From positions 54,002,001 to 54,066,000 of the forward strand of contig OX597828.1 of the NCBI GenBank assembly GCA_951406725.2: 64,000 nucleotides of DNA, given 5' to 3'. Under the pieces are notes generated by a model, which was given only the letters and a program-made list of their open reading frames with translations, ran no database searches and was not told the origin of the DNA. The stretch is from Octopus vulgaris. Its lineage: Eukaryota. Below, piece after piece: positions 63,953-64,000 of this stretch. The translations under genes were made by a program, and so were the position numbers. Positions within the stretch are counted from its first letter, which is position 1, and each line of letters opens with the position of its first letter.

Positions 63953-64000
63953 TGCAGGAGTGGCTGTGTGGTAAGTAACTTGCTTACCAACCACATGGTT
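63953..64000 (+). mobile_element. SINE family A head, running off the window
   Basis: GCAGGAGTGGCTGTGTGGTAAG. Confidence 0.85.

Overview
AT-rich eukaryotic DNA, densely packed with microsatellites and SINEs. From memory, the repeat families resemble those of octopus, so a coleoid cephalopod source is likely (inference, no search run). The window appears to lie inside one large gene on the minus strand, an orthologue of SCAPER. I found two C-terminal coding exons (27804-27658 and 15962-15725) with canonical splice sites and matching phase; the first is absent from the ORF track. The rest looks intronic: about 20 copies of one bipartite tRNA-type SINE, several other SINE families with swapped tails, and decayed R4/Dong-like, Tx1/L1-like and CR1-like LINE fragments. 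There is also an internally deleted mariner with intact TIRs and several MITEs (piggyBac-, hAT-, pogo- and Mutator-type). Nearly all ORFs in the supplied track are microsatellite or SINE artefacts. The best leads are (i) minimal hammerhead-ribozyme-like motifs with non-canonical cores, including an 86-bp palindrome, (ii) the Islet-Scaper regulatory-block context with candidate intronic enhancers, and (iii) inverted SINE pairs bracketing the exons. I see no evidence of a new multi-gene system. Repeat boundaries are approximate unless a TSD or TIR is quoted.
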